64,000 bases of DNA. Origin: Antechinus flavipes (taxonomy: Eukaryota). The DNA lies in NCBI RefSeq assembly GCF_016432865.1, contig NC_067401.1:205654001-205718000 (forward strand). Reading direction: 5' to 3'. The notes below the pieces were generated by a model. That model was not told where the DNA came from and ran no database searches. It worked only from the letters and a program-made list of their open reading frames with translations. Both the position numbers and the translations under genes were made by a program. This document shows, one piece after another, positions 29,736 through 41,508 of this stretch (positions are counted from its first letter, which is position 1; each line of letters opens with the position of its first letter).

Positions 29736-32700
29736 ATGTTACGGTGGACAGTGCACCTGGAGGGCGGGCCCCGCAGGGTGAATCATGCAGCAGTGTCTGT
29801 GGGGCACCGGGTGTATTCGTTTGGAGGATACTGCTCTGGAGAAGACTATGAGACATTACGCCAGATTGATGTACATGTCTTCAATGCAGGTGAGTGGGAA
29901 TTGCACTGGGTGCTCCGAGAAAAATAGGGTTAGGGAAGATGAAAAGGGCAGAAGGTTAAAGTTTGACAGATATCATCATTCTAAGGAGGAGGGAGAAGAA
30001 TGGTGTTTTAATCCTAGATCCAAGACATAGGTGGATGGGGAAGATGGGGAGGCCAGGAGGGTGCCAGGTCTGAATGGAGCTATGCCTACAGTGTCTCTTC
30101 GTTGGACAAAGCTGCCCCCAATGCGGTCCAGTGGACAAGCTGGGGAAGTGCCCTACATGCGTTATGGACATTCAGCCGTCCTCATTGATGACACTGTCTA
30201 CCTGTGGGGTGGACGCAATGACACAGAAGGAGCCTGCAATGTGCTCTATGGCTTTGATATCAGTGAGTATTGACTCAGCTGCTGAACTTGTACAGATTGT
30301 GTACACATCTTGAGGGGAGGGAGGAGGGAAACTTAAAATATTAGGAAGGAGGAATGAGAAGACCTTAAAGGACAAGAAAATAGTGAAAAATATTGACCAC
30401 TTAGACCCTGACATTCTCTGCTCTTCTTTAGACACCCACAAGTGGTTCACACCCAAGGTTTCTGGAACAGTGCCGGGGGCTCGAGATGGACATTCAGCCT
30501 GTGTCCTGGGCAAGAACATGTATGTCTTCGGGGGTTATGAGCAACTGGTAAGTCCATGAGGAAAAATGGAGAACACTGGAGAATATATATGGAGAAGGAT
30601 GTAGAATTTGTAGGAGGCCTTCACTTGATTGTTAGACTTTGATGGTAATAGGAAATAATTTTTTTTCTCCTCCTCTCATTTCCATTTTCTTTCTCTATGC
30701 TCGCTTTCTCTCTCTCTTTCTCTCTCTCTCTCCTCCATTTAGGCTGACTGTTTTTCCAATGATATCCATAAGCTGGATACCAACAGCATGACATGGACCC
30801 TCATTTCTGCAAAGGTCTGTACTTTTGTATTCTCTTTATATATTTTTTCATTCCTGGATCAATAAAATACAATAACGGGGAGACTGTATTCCTTAAAGCT
30901 CTTACATTACCCTGAACTTTACCAAATCCCTTTTTTCCCTTTCCTTTATTACTTATGCTTGGTTCCCACTTCCATTCCAGTGGAGGACTTGAAAACCATA
31001 AACAATGAGAGAATAAAGACTAGAAACTTTGTTTTGGAAGTGGTAGAAAAAGATCTCAGAGTTTTTCATTTAATAAGGAAGGAATGGTCACTTATTTCTT
31101 TAAACATCCATTCCAGTTCTTCTAATGAATCTTCTCTCCATTTCTACCTCTTCTCAGGGCACTCCTGCACGATGGCGGGACTTTCACTCAGCCACAATGT
31201 TAGGCAACCGCATGTATGTTTTTGGGGGTCGAGCTGACCGATTTGGACCTTTTCACTCCAATAATGAGATCTATTGTAACCGAATACGTATCTTTGACAC
31301 GAGGGCTGAGGCCTGGTTGGAGTGTCCACCTACCCCACTGTTGCCTGAGGGCCGAAGAAGCCACTCTGCTTGTGAGTATCACCCCCCCACCCAAAATTCC
31401 TTTCCTAAACCTCTTTTCTTAACATTCTTTTCCATTTTCAGTTGGGTATAATGGGGAGCTGTACATATTTGGCGGCTACAATGCAAGGTTGAATCGGCAT
31501 TTTCATGATCTCTGGAAGTTCAACCCAGGTAAAGGTCTAGGATGTTGGAGTGGGAAAATCCATAGAATAAGACTGTAGGGATGTCCAGGGTCAAGCAGGG
31601 TGAGAAGAGTGGCTCCTAAGGACTTGGCATTCATTGAGGGAGTAGCTGGAATAGACCGGGGGTTGAATTTGGTGTTTTCCACAACTTCCCCTCAGTGTCC
31701 TTTTCTTGGAAGAAGATTGAGCCTAAGGGAAAGGGGCCATGCCCCCGCCGGCGCCAGTGCTGTTGCATCGTGGGAGACAAGATTGTCCTCTTTGGAGGCA
31801 CTAGGTCAGGATGAAGGGTGCGGGGGAGGGACTTTTGGGATCAGGGAGGAACATAAGACCATAATACTTGCTTAAAGGGGTTTTGGTGGAATGTTCATCT
31901 CCTTATTATGATTTTTTTCAATACCTATAGTCCTTCTCCTGAAGAAGGCCTAGGAGATGAGTTTGATCTCATGGACCACTCCGACCTACACATTCTAGAC
32001 TTTAGTAAGTGTTTCCATTCCCCAAATTCTTTTGCCAAAAGGGATTCATTCCTATGGCAGGGAAATCAGTGCTGTTCTCTTTCCTAAGCCCCTGACTCTC
32101 TTTCTACCTTAGGTCCCAGCCTGAAGACCTTGTGCAAACTGGCTGTGATTCAGTATAACCTGGACCAGACCTGTCTGCCCCATGATATCAGGTACAGAAG
32201 AGAGGATAGGAATACCTGCTCCTTCTATATTTAGTTTCATCCTATCCTGTATCACTTATATAGTACTGTCTTAGATACTGTGCAGTTGGTGAGTGTGGAT
32301 GCAAGCACATTTAGCGTAGCCAGTTTGCAGATAGTCTTAAGGAGAAAGTGAGGCAAGTGGATATCACTATAGTGAGCTTTTACAACTCTAGCATAATTAT
32401 AAGCAATATAAATTGTTCTTTGCTTCTTCCTCTTGATTGCTTATACCAGGTCTATGAATACACTTTTCTCCAGTTGCTCAGACATTTGAATATACAAACA
32501 TAAACAGGATACTAGTACAGATGTGGAGGTGGGGAAAGTGGGTTGTTAGGGTTTACCGATGGGTGGAGTTCAATTGCTATTAAGCCTAGGTTTGTGTGGA
32601 GGAGGGAAGGAATAAGATGTTGATCTTTTAGGAGCTTTGAAGGATTGGGTTTAGTGTAAGAGAATCTATTTCTTGTTCTGTTTACCTCAATCCAGTCTCT

Positions 32701-32796
32701 TGCCTTCTATGCCCTTCCCGGTTTTGCAGGTGGGAGCTGACTGCCATGACCACCAACAGCAACATCAGCCGCCCCATTGCATCATCCCATGGGTAG
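29736..32796 (+). CDS. KLHDC3: Kelch domain-containing protein 3 (CUL2 substrate receptor), 10 coding exons, 380 aa
   Basis: Exons 29736-29889, 30092-30262, 30432-30547, 30743-30814, 31158-31371, 31442-31528, 31696-31804, 31931-32004, 32113-32191, 32730-32796 (1143 nt, in phase). Starts MLRWTVHLEGGPRRVNHAAV; kelch GG motifs; BC-box-like PSLKTLCKLAVIQ near the C-terminus. Confidence 0.97.
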
Positions 32797-33619
32797 GGGG
32801 AAGCCTTCATTGCCTTCCCTACTGATCCTGCTGCTGTCCTCACCACCCCTTCCCATCATTTGCGAGCCTGCCACCATGGGCCCCTGGACTTTGTTCCCCT
32901 GCAGCTGGAGGTGCCGGACTAGGGATTTTTTTCTGTGCTGTGGACTTTTGGAGGGGCAGCTGGGGGAGTACTGGGGCCCTCCCCTTATCTCCTCTCCCCT
33001 GGGGCTCAAGCCCTTTCCCTTTGGTGCTCTTCCCTATCCATCTCATCTTTCCCTTTGATTGTTCCTTAGCATCTGCCCTCTGTTTGGGGCATCCACATAT
33101 TTTATGGGGTTTGAGGGAGGGAAGGTAAGGAAGCATCAGTATCTAAGCATAACTTCACTGCTTCCTCCACCTTTAGGAGAAACCCTTAGCCCCACCTCCT
33201 TAACCCTGCCTGAGCCATGAGTGGTGTCCGGGAGCTAAGAGGTATAGAGCTATTGAATTGAAGTCCTCTCTTCACCCTCCTTGGGGACAGGGGTGCCCAT
33301 CAGGTGATCCCTTCCTCCCCTCATTCCTGACCCACTTACCCCTTCCAGGTTGTTACTGTTCCCTGAAAACCAGCCAGCGCGGATTTTATAAAAATGTGTA
33401 CAAACCCAAAGCAGTGTTGTCTGTTTGTGGGGCACACGGACAGTCCTTCTGGAGGGTGGAAGGATGAAATGGAGGCGGCGGTAGGTTTGATGCCCCCTCC
33501 AAAAAAGGGAGAGCAACACGCTGGGGAGAAGTCACTGCCTTTCGGAAGGGAAGGGACTGAGATCGGAACTGGACCTTCAGCTTCTCATCAAACTAGAGCC
33601 AATCTGTCACCAAAGCCAG

Positions 33620-34800
33620 TCAGTCTTTATTAAGCGCCTACAGTGCGCTAGATGTGGATGCAAATAAAAAAGTGAGACAGTCTCTGCTTTCAGGGAGCTT
33701 ACCTTCTACTGGGGGGATACAACATTCACTAATAAGTAAGTGCCAGATCTATGCAAAATCAATAAAAGATCATTTTCAGGGTACCAACAACTGAGAATAA
33801 TGGAAAGACCCCTGGGAGGAAGTGGCACTTGAATGGACCTTTGAAGGTGTGCAGTGTGTGGGTGTGGGGGAAGGGGAAGTGGTATAGCATTACAGGTATA
33901 AAGAACAGACTTGGCAAAAACAGGGAGATGAAATAGGAAATAAATATATTGGGAAATAGCAAGTAAGCCAGTTTTGATGGAATGTAGAACATGTGAAAAG
34001 GAATTAACATGTAATCAGACTGGAAGGATAAGCTTCAGCTACATTGTGAAGGACTTTTAAGTGCCCAAAGAGGGCTTTGTATTCTAGAGGCAATGGGAAG
34101 CCACACATAGCTTTTGAACATGGGAATGGCATGGTTTTCAAAATGTCATTTTAGCAGCTCTGGGAAGAGGTGGCTTGGAGAGGAAGAGATTGGATGTAGG
34201 GAGACCAATTAGGCTATTGCATTAACCTAGGAGAGCTAGTCCCAGGCTAGTGGCTCTGGGAGTGAAGGAAAAGGGATAGAAGAGATGTGGATGAAGACTG
34301 AATAAGACTAGGTAACTGGTTGACTGGATATATAAGAGTTGGGAGGGAGGGAGTGGGGGGCGGGGGAAGAAAACTTAGCTCATCAGAAAAATGGTAGTGC
34401 CCTCAACAAAATAAGGAAGTTGGATAGGGTGCTTTTAGGGAGAAAAGTCACAAAATTATTTGAGGGGGTCATTTAGGTAAAAATGAATTGTCCTTAAGGC
34501 AGTTGAGGATGTGGAACTGAAGCTCAGGAGAGAAAGTGGAGGCTGAATGTGTAGGTTGGAGGAATCATCTGCAGAGAGATGCTCATGGAACCCATGATGG
34601 TAGAGGAGGCAAGTCATAGAAGATGATCTGCAAAGGAGACTGAAGACTGGTCTGCTAGGAAGGGAATTGTAATAGAGCAGTCTAGGGCTTTGAAAACCTA
34701 GGGAAAACAGCCAGGAGGAGGAAATGCCAGTAATGTAGAAGCTTCTGAAGAGGTCATGGACTAAGAAAAGGCCATTGGATTTCACCACAAAAACATCCTC
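33620..34800 (-). mobile_element. Old LINE-2-like fragments between KLHDC3 and RRP36
   Basis: L2 3'-end motif (CAGTCAGTCTTTATTAAGCGCCTAC...GCTAGATG) followed by degraded L2-like body. Similar L2 ends at about 440-550, 1040-1290 and 15770-17420. Confidence 0.55.
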
Positions 34801-35699
34801 TGGAGAACAGTTTCTGTTGAATCCTGGGAACAGATGGTAAGGTGGAGTGGGGATGAGGATATTTTCTTAGGGTTTGGATACCAGAAAAAGATAAGATAGT
34901 TTGAGAGTAGGGTCAAGTAAAGGCCTTGTAAAGTTAAGAGAACAAGTATCTAGCAAGGGCCTATATTCTTTACAAATATTGCCTCAGTTGATCCTCCTAA
35001 CAACCTTAAGAGGTAGGTGTTGCTGTTATCCCCAATAGTAGTAGAAGAAATGGAGACAGTGGTTAAGTGATTTTGTTCAAGGTCACCCAGTGACTGAGGC
35101 TATATTTGAAGTCTTCCTGGTGTTCTCAGTTCACTGTGTCAAGGGGGAAAAGCCAGGGCTTAAGGAGAGAATCAACTGAGGATTGGGAGCAGATGGTTCT
35201 CAATAGGGCACTGGATCAAATTGAAGGGTTAGCAGTGGACACCTTGGCGAGATGACCTTATCTGAAGTGAGGAACTGGAGAGCTCTCCTTAGGTAGTCTC
35301 AGCTTTCCCCGTGAAGTTGACATTTTGACAGGAAAGGGGGAAGGGGAGAGGCAGTGCTGTGCAGGTGATGCTAGGTTTGGAACAGAGGTCACACGAAGTG
35401 TTAGGAGTCATTTGAAGAAGAGTAAAGGTTCAGCTGCTGTGTAACACATTTGCGGACTCGGGGTGGCTGGGTGTATTTCCGCCGGGTGAATGGGGCCAAG
35501 AGCTTCAAGCAGAAAAACTCGGGACTTGGGGACGAGGGCTAGTACAAGGCTGAACTGGGTGACACCCATGTGGCCCAACATCCGTGACCTGCCCTCTCAC
35601 CTACCCATATAAGGTAGTTACGGCACGGGGGCTGGCACACGGACCAGAAGCCTCCGCTTCTCTCTATTCCCGGGAACCCGTTTTGAGTTAAAAGGTCGT

Positions 35700-35945
35700 C
35701 AGCGCCGCTGGACCACACCTGCTCTAGCATCCAAAGCCTCAGCTTTGGCTCCGCCTTGAGACTGCAGGGCCGGGCCTACTTCCGGCAGACGCTTCGTTCT
35801 GGTTGCCGCCGGAAGGGGTGGTGCTTCGCAGGCCGCCGCGGAAGTGGGGCCGGAGTTGTTTGGAGTGGCATTTTGAGTTTGTGGATGCCGTTGCCGGTGA
35901 AGTTGCGCGGTTCGATGGCCTGTCCTGGCCAGCCTCGGGAACCCA
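35700..35945 (+). promoter_or_regulatory. RRP36 CpG promoter with ETS/GABP-like motifs; CArG box upstream
   Basis: ACTTCCGG (~35778), CCGGAAG (~35808), GCGGAAGT (~35838); CCATATAAGG at 35605-35614; CpG-rich. Confidence 0.6.
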
Positions 35946-38507
35946 ATGGCGGCGGCGGGACCGAGATTGGTGGGTCTGGAGATATCGGGCGGGAAACCTG
36001 GAACCTTAGGGTGGAATGTGTGGTGTGAGTGAACGAGAAGCGGGATCCGGGTGGGCTTAGGTAGAATCAGGCCGGGCCGAGGGCCACCCCCTGAGCGACC
36101 AGCGGCGCCCTCTCCGTTACTTCTTTCAGATCTGGCCGCCATGTCCTTTGAGGAGCTCTTGGAGCTTCAGCGCCGGGTGGGGACCAAACAGTACCGGCAG
36201 CTGACGGGGCAGGTGACGGAGACTCGATCTGAGGATCAGTCGCGGAGGGCAGCCCCCACTCGTGATCACGGGGCCGCAGAGAAGCAAAGGTGGGCGAGGA
36301 TCGGGGGACGGGGCAGGAACCCCACTCTAGGGATACAATCCAGTCCTGCCTCCCCAATGAGCCTTGACCTCTCGGGATGGCACTCCTCGTAGGGGTGAGG
36401 GGAACATATTGAATGATTTTACCCGGTATTCCCCTAATTCTTCCTTTCTGTCACTCTCAGGCCTCTGGAAATGTCTTCGAAGATTCGAGTGCCGTTTTTG
36501 CGGCAGGTCGTTCCTGTCAGAAAGAAGGTGGGATCCCTTGAGCAGACAAAAATCAGGGCTCAGCCATGATAAGATTTTTTGGGCCGATTGTTTGGGTTGG
36601 AATAGAAAGAAGATAGAGAAGATTCTATTTGTCATTCATTAATACAACTCATTGATGACTACTGTTTATTTTACCTGTGCTGTATTTTTCACTCCATCAC
36701 CTTCTGTTTGTTAATACCCATTGCTACAGATCCTTATTATCATCTGTCTGGATCGTTAATAGTGTCCTAATTTTGGCTTTCTTGTTTCTATTTCCTGTTT
36801 CTATGATTCATCCTTTATACTGGTATCAGACTTAATATTTTCCCTTTGGAAAAATCCACTCATGTCTTAGAAGTCTTTGGAGGTTCTCTACTACTGTCCC
36901 ATTGAGTAAAAAGTTCAGACTCCTTTACCTGCCATTCAGTGCCTTTGATAAACTGGCACCATAATATATTCTCTTAATGCATAAAATACCTGAAGAACTG
37001 AATCACTCTGTCTCCAATCACACTATGCTTTCGTTCATGCTGTTCCTTTTGCTTAAAATATCCTTTTCCTTTTATCTACTAAATTCCTACCCATTCTTTA
37101 GACAGGACTCTTAACTTGGAGTCTATCAAGTTTTTATTAAACATTTTCAAAAATTGCATTTCAAATAATTGCTTTCTTTGTTATCATATGTTCTTTCTTG
37201 CATTTAAAAGCATTATTCTGAGAAGGGGTCCTTAGGATTCACTAGACTGTCAAAAGGATCCATGACATAAAAAAGGTTAAGAACTCCTACTATAGTGTTT
37301 TATCTCAAAGTCTACTTCCATCCAATCTTTTCTGACACATAACCTGCTCTTTCACCTTACTTTCCAGTCCATCTTCTACAAGTTATATAGCCACCTAATG
37401 GGTGAATAACAGTTTTCCACAGGCTGTTTGGGCAAGATAGAAGGAAAAAAGCTGATCTTATTTTTCACTTCTTTTGGTATTCTTCACAGGTGGCCCGGGA
37501 CCCTCGATTTGATGACTTGTCAGGGAGTACAATCCTGAAGTGTTTGAGAAGACATACAGATTTTTGAATGAGTATCGTGCAAAGGAAAAGGAGGTGCACA
37601 CAGGGACTAGGCTTTGGGAGTGGAGGGGGAAAGTAGGGTAAACTTGAGCCTGGATTTATGGATAAGAGAGATAAAAGGATACAGGTTATTCCTAACCCTG
37701 GTCTCAGCTTTACAGCTGGTGGCAAAGCATCTAAAGAAGAGCAAGCCAGGAGAAGAACAGGAAAAGCTGAAGCAACTGCTCCATAGAATGGTGAGTAATG
37801 AGACTTCAGACATATCCTCTATATGACTCCTTTCCTTTATGGAGCCTGATACACTTTCACCATTTTTCCTCCTAGGATCAGCAGGAGGCTGCTCAACAGG
37901 AGCAGCAGCGGCAGCAAGAGCAGCGCCTGGCCCTGAAACGGGAACAGAGAGCCCAGGCCCAGCAGGGCCATAGGCCTTACTTTTTGAAGAAATGTGAGTA
38001 GAGGAAATAGCCTTCCAGGCTTTAGTGTGGCTATTGTGTAACTGATTGAATAGTGAAATGGTGAAAACTCATGTGGAGAAGGGCCCTGCTAGTAAAGATG
38101 GTGAAAGACTTGTGTGTGAAGAACAAGTCTTTAGTAACAGGTATTAGGTTCTACATGTTGCTTTTATCTGAAGCAGGGTCCAAGAGGAGAAAATAAAAGA
38201 AAGGGCTTTCTGATAAGAGAATGATACAAGGAACTCACATGACTTTATGGGACCACACAGTGTGAGAAATGTGCTAAGTCAGCACATCCCATTAGGCCCT
38301 TAAAACTAAACAATAGCCTGTGAGATCTTGCCATAGCTCACATTTTCCCCCTGATTCTTTTTAATATTAGCTGAACAGAGGCAGCTGGCACTGGCTGAAA
38401 AATACAAGAAGCTAAAGCGAAGCCAGAAGTTGGAGAGTTTCTTGAGCAGAAAGAGGCGCCGAAATGCTGGAAAAGACCGAAGATGGCTTCCCCTGGGCAA
38501 GGACTAA
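35946..38507 (+). CDS. RRP36: Ribosomal RNA processing protein 36 homolog, 7 exons (~246 aa once a 1-nt deletion in exon 4 is corrected)
   Basis: Exons 35946-36024 (start tentative; donor GGT|GTGAGT gives the needed phase 1), 36130-36289, 36461-36527, 37490-37593 (104 nt, one short of frame), 37716-37790, 37876-37993, 38371-38507. Motifs MSFEELLELQ, RPLEMSSKIRVPFLR, VARDPRFDDLSG, RPYFLKKSEQR, RKRRRNAGKDRR. Confidence 0.93.
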
Positions 38508-38512
38508 ATAAA
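38507..38512 (+). terminator. AATAAA overlapping the RRP36 stop codon
   Basis: Sequence GAC TAA ATAAA: the stop at 38505-38507 shares its last A with AATAAA. Confidence 0.55.
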
Positions 38513-39400
38513 GGGGCGGGGCTGGTCCTTTCCTGCCCCTTTCCAGCTTGGCCCCTTCCTCACTAGGCAATGCCTGTGAAGACAGTCTTGGAATGAACTT
38601 AGTGCTTTGTGGTTCTGCTTTTCTACCCTTGGTTGAGTTCTGTAAGCCCTGGGGCATCAGGATCTGGGGTTTTGTGGCAGTGGATAGATCTGGTCAGCCA
38701 AAGTGCTGCTGCTGTCTAGCTGGGGTTTTGGTTAATCATTGAGGCAAAAGGAAGAAAATATTAAAGACTGATAGGCTTAGTCTGGCTCCATATAGATTCC
38801 TCAGATCAAACTCGGTTCCCTCTCTTTCCTCAGGGAAGGAAGTACCTTTTCAGGGGGCAACTTTAATGCAGAAGGAAGAAGTGTGAGGGGTTATCAGTGA
38901 ATAACCTGGAGGCCAGGGTTAAGAGAAGGCTTAGGAATTCTGTACTTGATGCTAGAATACTGTAAACACTTCCATAAACACTTGATGATGATCTTTTGTC
39001 TTTGTTTCTTAAGTTTTTAAGAGTCGGGGGTGGGGTGGGGGGAGGAGTGGTGAGGAGGGGGGGGTGTGGGTGGAAGAGATGTTCATAGTTATTTTGAGTC
39101 TTATAAGAGTAATATATGGCATATGGGAATGAGTAGGTGATAAAGGGGGAAAGCTAGCTTCTTAGTTTACATTATCTTTTCAGAAAGAGTTTATGAGCCC
39201 TATAGTTGGTCACCTCACTGGGAATTATCCTGGAATACTAGGACAGGGGTTTACTCTGTTTTCAGGCATCTCTTCTGCCCAAAGGAAGTCTTCTACATGC
39301 CAAGAATGTAATGTAATCCTTCCTCAGCTGTTCCTCTATCCTTCCCTGCCTTCAGCCCCCAAACCAGAGATGGCAAAGCCCCCCAGGCGTCAGTTATAGC

Positions 39401-39406
39401 TTTATT
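39401..39406 (-). terminator. Probable poly(A) signal of the TMEM121-like gene (and possibly CUL7 read-through)
   Basis: TTTATT on plus, about 260 nt after the stop; the first canonical signal on minus downstream of the CUL7 stop at 41509. Confidence 0.65.
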
Positions 39407-39665
39407 TGTGCCGAGTCTGACACTTGAGGACCTCAGTCTGCATCAGACTGCTTTGATTTGGACAGCTTATTGACAAAAGACCATCTGGAGCCCCTGCAGA
39501 TAGTACTTTGTTTAAAACAACAGACTTGTATCCAGGTCCTGTCTCACAGTCCCAATCTGCAGGTCCAGGTTGAAGGTGAAAGGACTCAGGCAAGTTGTGC
39601 TGTTGAAAGTGATAGTTTAGGGGGATAGTCCATGTCCATCCCATCTCCCTGCACAAAGGGGCAAG

Positions 39666-40541
39666 TCATGTTGGCCTCACAGCCTGAGCTGGGCCTAAAA
39701 GGCCAGGGTCAGTGGGAGGCTGGGGTGATGGTGGACCAGAAAGCCACTGTTTCCGGTACTGCAGAAACATGCAGAGCTTGAGGGCCAAGGCCAGCAGGTT
39801 CTTTCCTAGAAAGATGCTGGAGACATAGGTATCGTGGAACAGGAGGAGATGAGTGGCCCGGATGAGGCTCGTGGCCAGATTAACCGTGAGCAGGCTGAGG
39901 AGTGGGTAGAGCACCATGCGATGTGGCAGGGGCTGTGGGCCTTGCAGGCTGAGCTCGCCCAGGGCTGCGCACGGCAGCAAGAGCAGCAGGGCATAGCAGT
40001 AGAAGAAGGTGACGCCCTCTGCCCAGAAGGGCAACACCCTCTGAGGTGGCTCCCACAGCCCAGCCTGTACGTCTAAAACATCCAGCAAATCCATGACCAC
40101 CCACAGCAGGTGGCTCCGGAGTTCTTCATGCCATCGGAAGGTTGATAGGATCTCGGGGGTCTTTGGAGATCCCAGCAGGGCAAAGAGTCCAGGCACACTG
40201 AGGGCCAGCACCAGGGTGAAGGCCTGGCGGGCGGGGGGCCCGGGGCAGTGACCCTCAGCCCGGCAGCTCCGGTAAATGAAGTAGACCTTTAACTCTAATA
40301 CAAAGATGTAGAGAAACCAGAGCAACATGGCGCAGCCCCGCCGGGTGGTATGGGCTTGGGCACCAGCACCAGCCACCACAGGGCGAAGCACCAAGATCAG
40401 GCAGATGTTGCCTGCAGAAAGCAGCAACCCCAGACCCAGCCACCAACCTCCTGGGCTCTGTCCCAAGAGATAACCATCGGCCAGCAGCATGCTTCCTGAA
40501 ATGAGGGCCACTACCAGCCATGTGGGGCAAGAGGATACCAT
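39666..40541 (-). CDS. TMEM121-family (CECR6/TMEM121) multi-pass membrane protein, intronless CDS, 291 aa; paralogue of TMEM121
   Basis: ATG at 40541 in strong context (AGG ATG G); the track's 40568 start is a GTG. Blocks AMLLWFLYIFVLELKVYFI, DLLDVLDVQAGLWEP, LPFWAEGVTFFYCY.LLLLLPC, MVLYPLLSL and SSIFLGKN align with TMEM121 as I recall it. About 6-7 hydrophobic segments and a Pro-rich tail. No stops or frameshifts. Confidence 0.92.
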   Translation of the reverse strand: MVSSCPTWLVVALISGSMLLADGYLLGQSPGGWWLGLGLLLSAGNICLILVLRPVVAGAGAQAHTTRRGCAMLLWFLYIFVLELKVYFIYRSCRAEGHCPGPPARQAFTLVLALSVPGLFALLGSPKTPEILSTFRWHEELRSHLLWVVMDLLDVLDVQAGLWEPPQRVLPFWAEGVTFFYCYALLLLLPCAALGELSLQGPQPLPHRMVLYPLLSLLTVNLATSLIRATHLLLFHDTYVSSIFLGKNLLALALKLCMFLQYRKQWLSGPPSPQPPTDPGLLGPAQAVRPT

Positions 40542-40829
40542 CCTGCCAAGCCCTTTGTGTCCACCCACAGCTGGGCATTCCTTCTCGCCCTTTGCCTACT
40601 GCTCTGTCTCTAGCTCCCATTCCCCTTTGTCTTGCCCCTGCCTCGGGTCCTAAGGTGCTGAGCCTCTCCTCCCGCTCTCTTAGGGTGTCCTTCCCCTACT
40701 GCCTGCCTGAGCCAGAGTCTCCCTCCTCCACCCTGGGCCCGCGCATACCCACTCTTTTGTCCCTAGGGACTGTCATGGGTCCCCGGCCCCCTTCTCGCCC
40801 CTCTCTGTCACCTCTCTGGGCAGCCTGCG

Positions 40830-41130
40830 GCTGGTGCTGGCGCTCCGCGCAGGACACGGCCCCGTGTCTCTCCCCATTTCTCAACTCCTTCCTCCCACTA
40901 GGAGGAACCTGGTCCCGCGGCCCCGCCCCTGCCTGGGCTCGGCCCTGGCCTGGGCGTGCCGCTCCGGGCTGCAGTGCGGGCGGGACCCGAGCCGAGGCAA
41001 CTCGGCGGAGCGCAGCGGCGGAAGCGGAGAGGGGCGGGGCCGGGCCGGAGGGCGTTGGGGGAGGGGCTTCGGCTTACTGGGAGATCCCGGGAGGGCCTGC
41101 TAGCTCCCTGTGCAGCGTGCTCGGGTCCCT
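40830..41130 (-). promoter_or_regulatory. CpG island with GC boxes upstream of the TMEM121-like ORF
   Basis: Dense CpG with GGGCGG/CCGCCC motifs (~40921, ~41032) 300-600 nt 5' of the ATG. Confidence 0.65.
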
Positions 41131-41508
41131 AGAATGGCAGCAACTCCCCTTTCTCTAGGGCTCTAAGGCTCACAGCACTCCCGTGAGGTAGGCAGTGCAT
41201 ATATCTCCATTTTACAGCTGAGAAAACTGAGGCCAAGGGACAGAATGAACTGACTTGCCCGAAGTCGCCCATCTACTTAGTTCTCTAGGCAGGGATTCCA
41301 ACCCAGGTCTTCCCAGACTCCCGCCTGGTGCTCTTTCCAGTAACTCAGGTGTGGCTAAAAGTTGTTGGGCATTTTGCCTTGAGAGCTTTTCCTAACGACT
41401 GCCCTTCCTCACCGGTGCCCGGGCTGCCTCCTTCGTCTTCCCTTCCCAAGCCTCCCTACGAGCAGAGTCCTGGATCCTATTCCTCTGGAAATCACCCCAG
41501 AGGCCGGG

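Noticed and set aside
36051-36129. Track ORF start extending RRP36 exon 2 upstream (MGLGRIRP...)
   Set aside because: Non-ATG start running through intron 1; a clear polypyrimidine-CAG acceptor lies at 36129.
40520-41158. 212-aa plus-strand ORF
   Set aside because: A stop-poor frame across a GC-rich island antisense to the TMEM121-like gene; no homology recognised.
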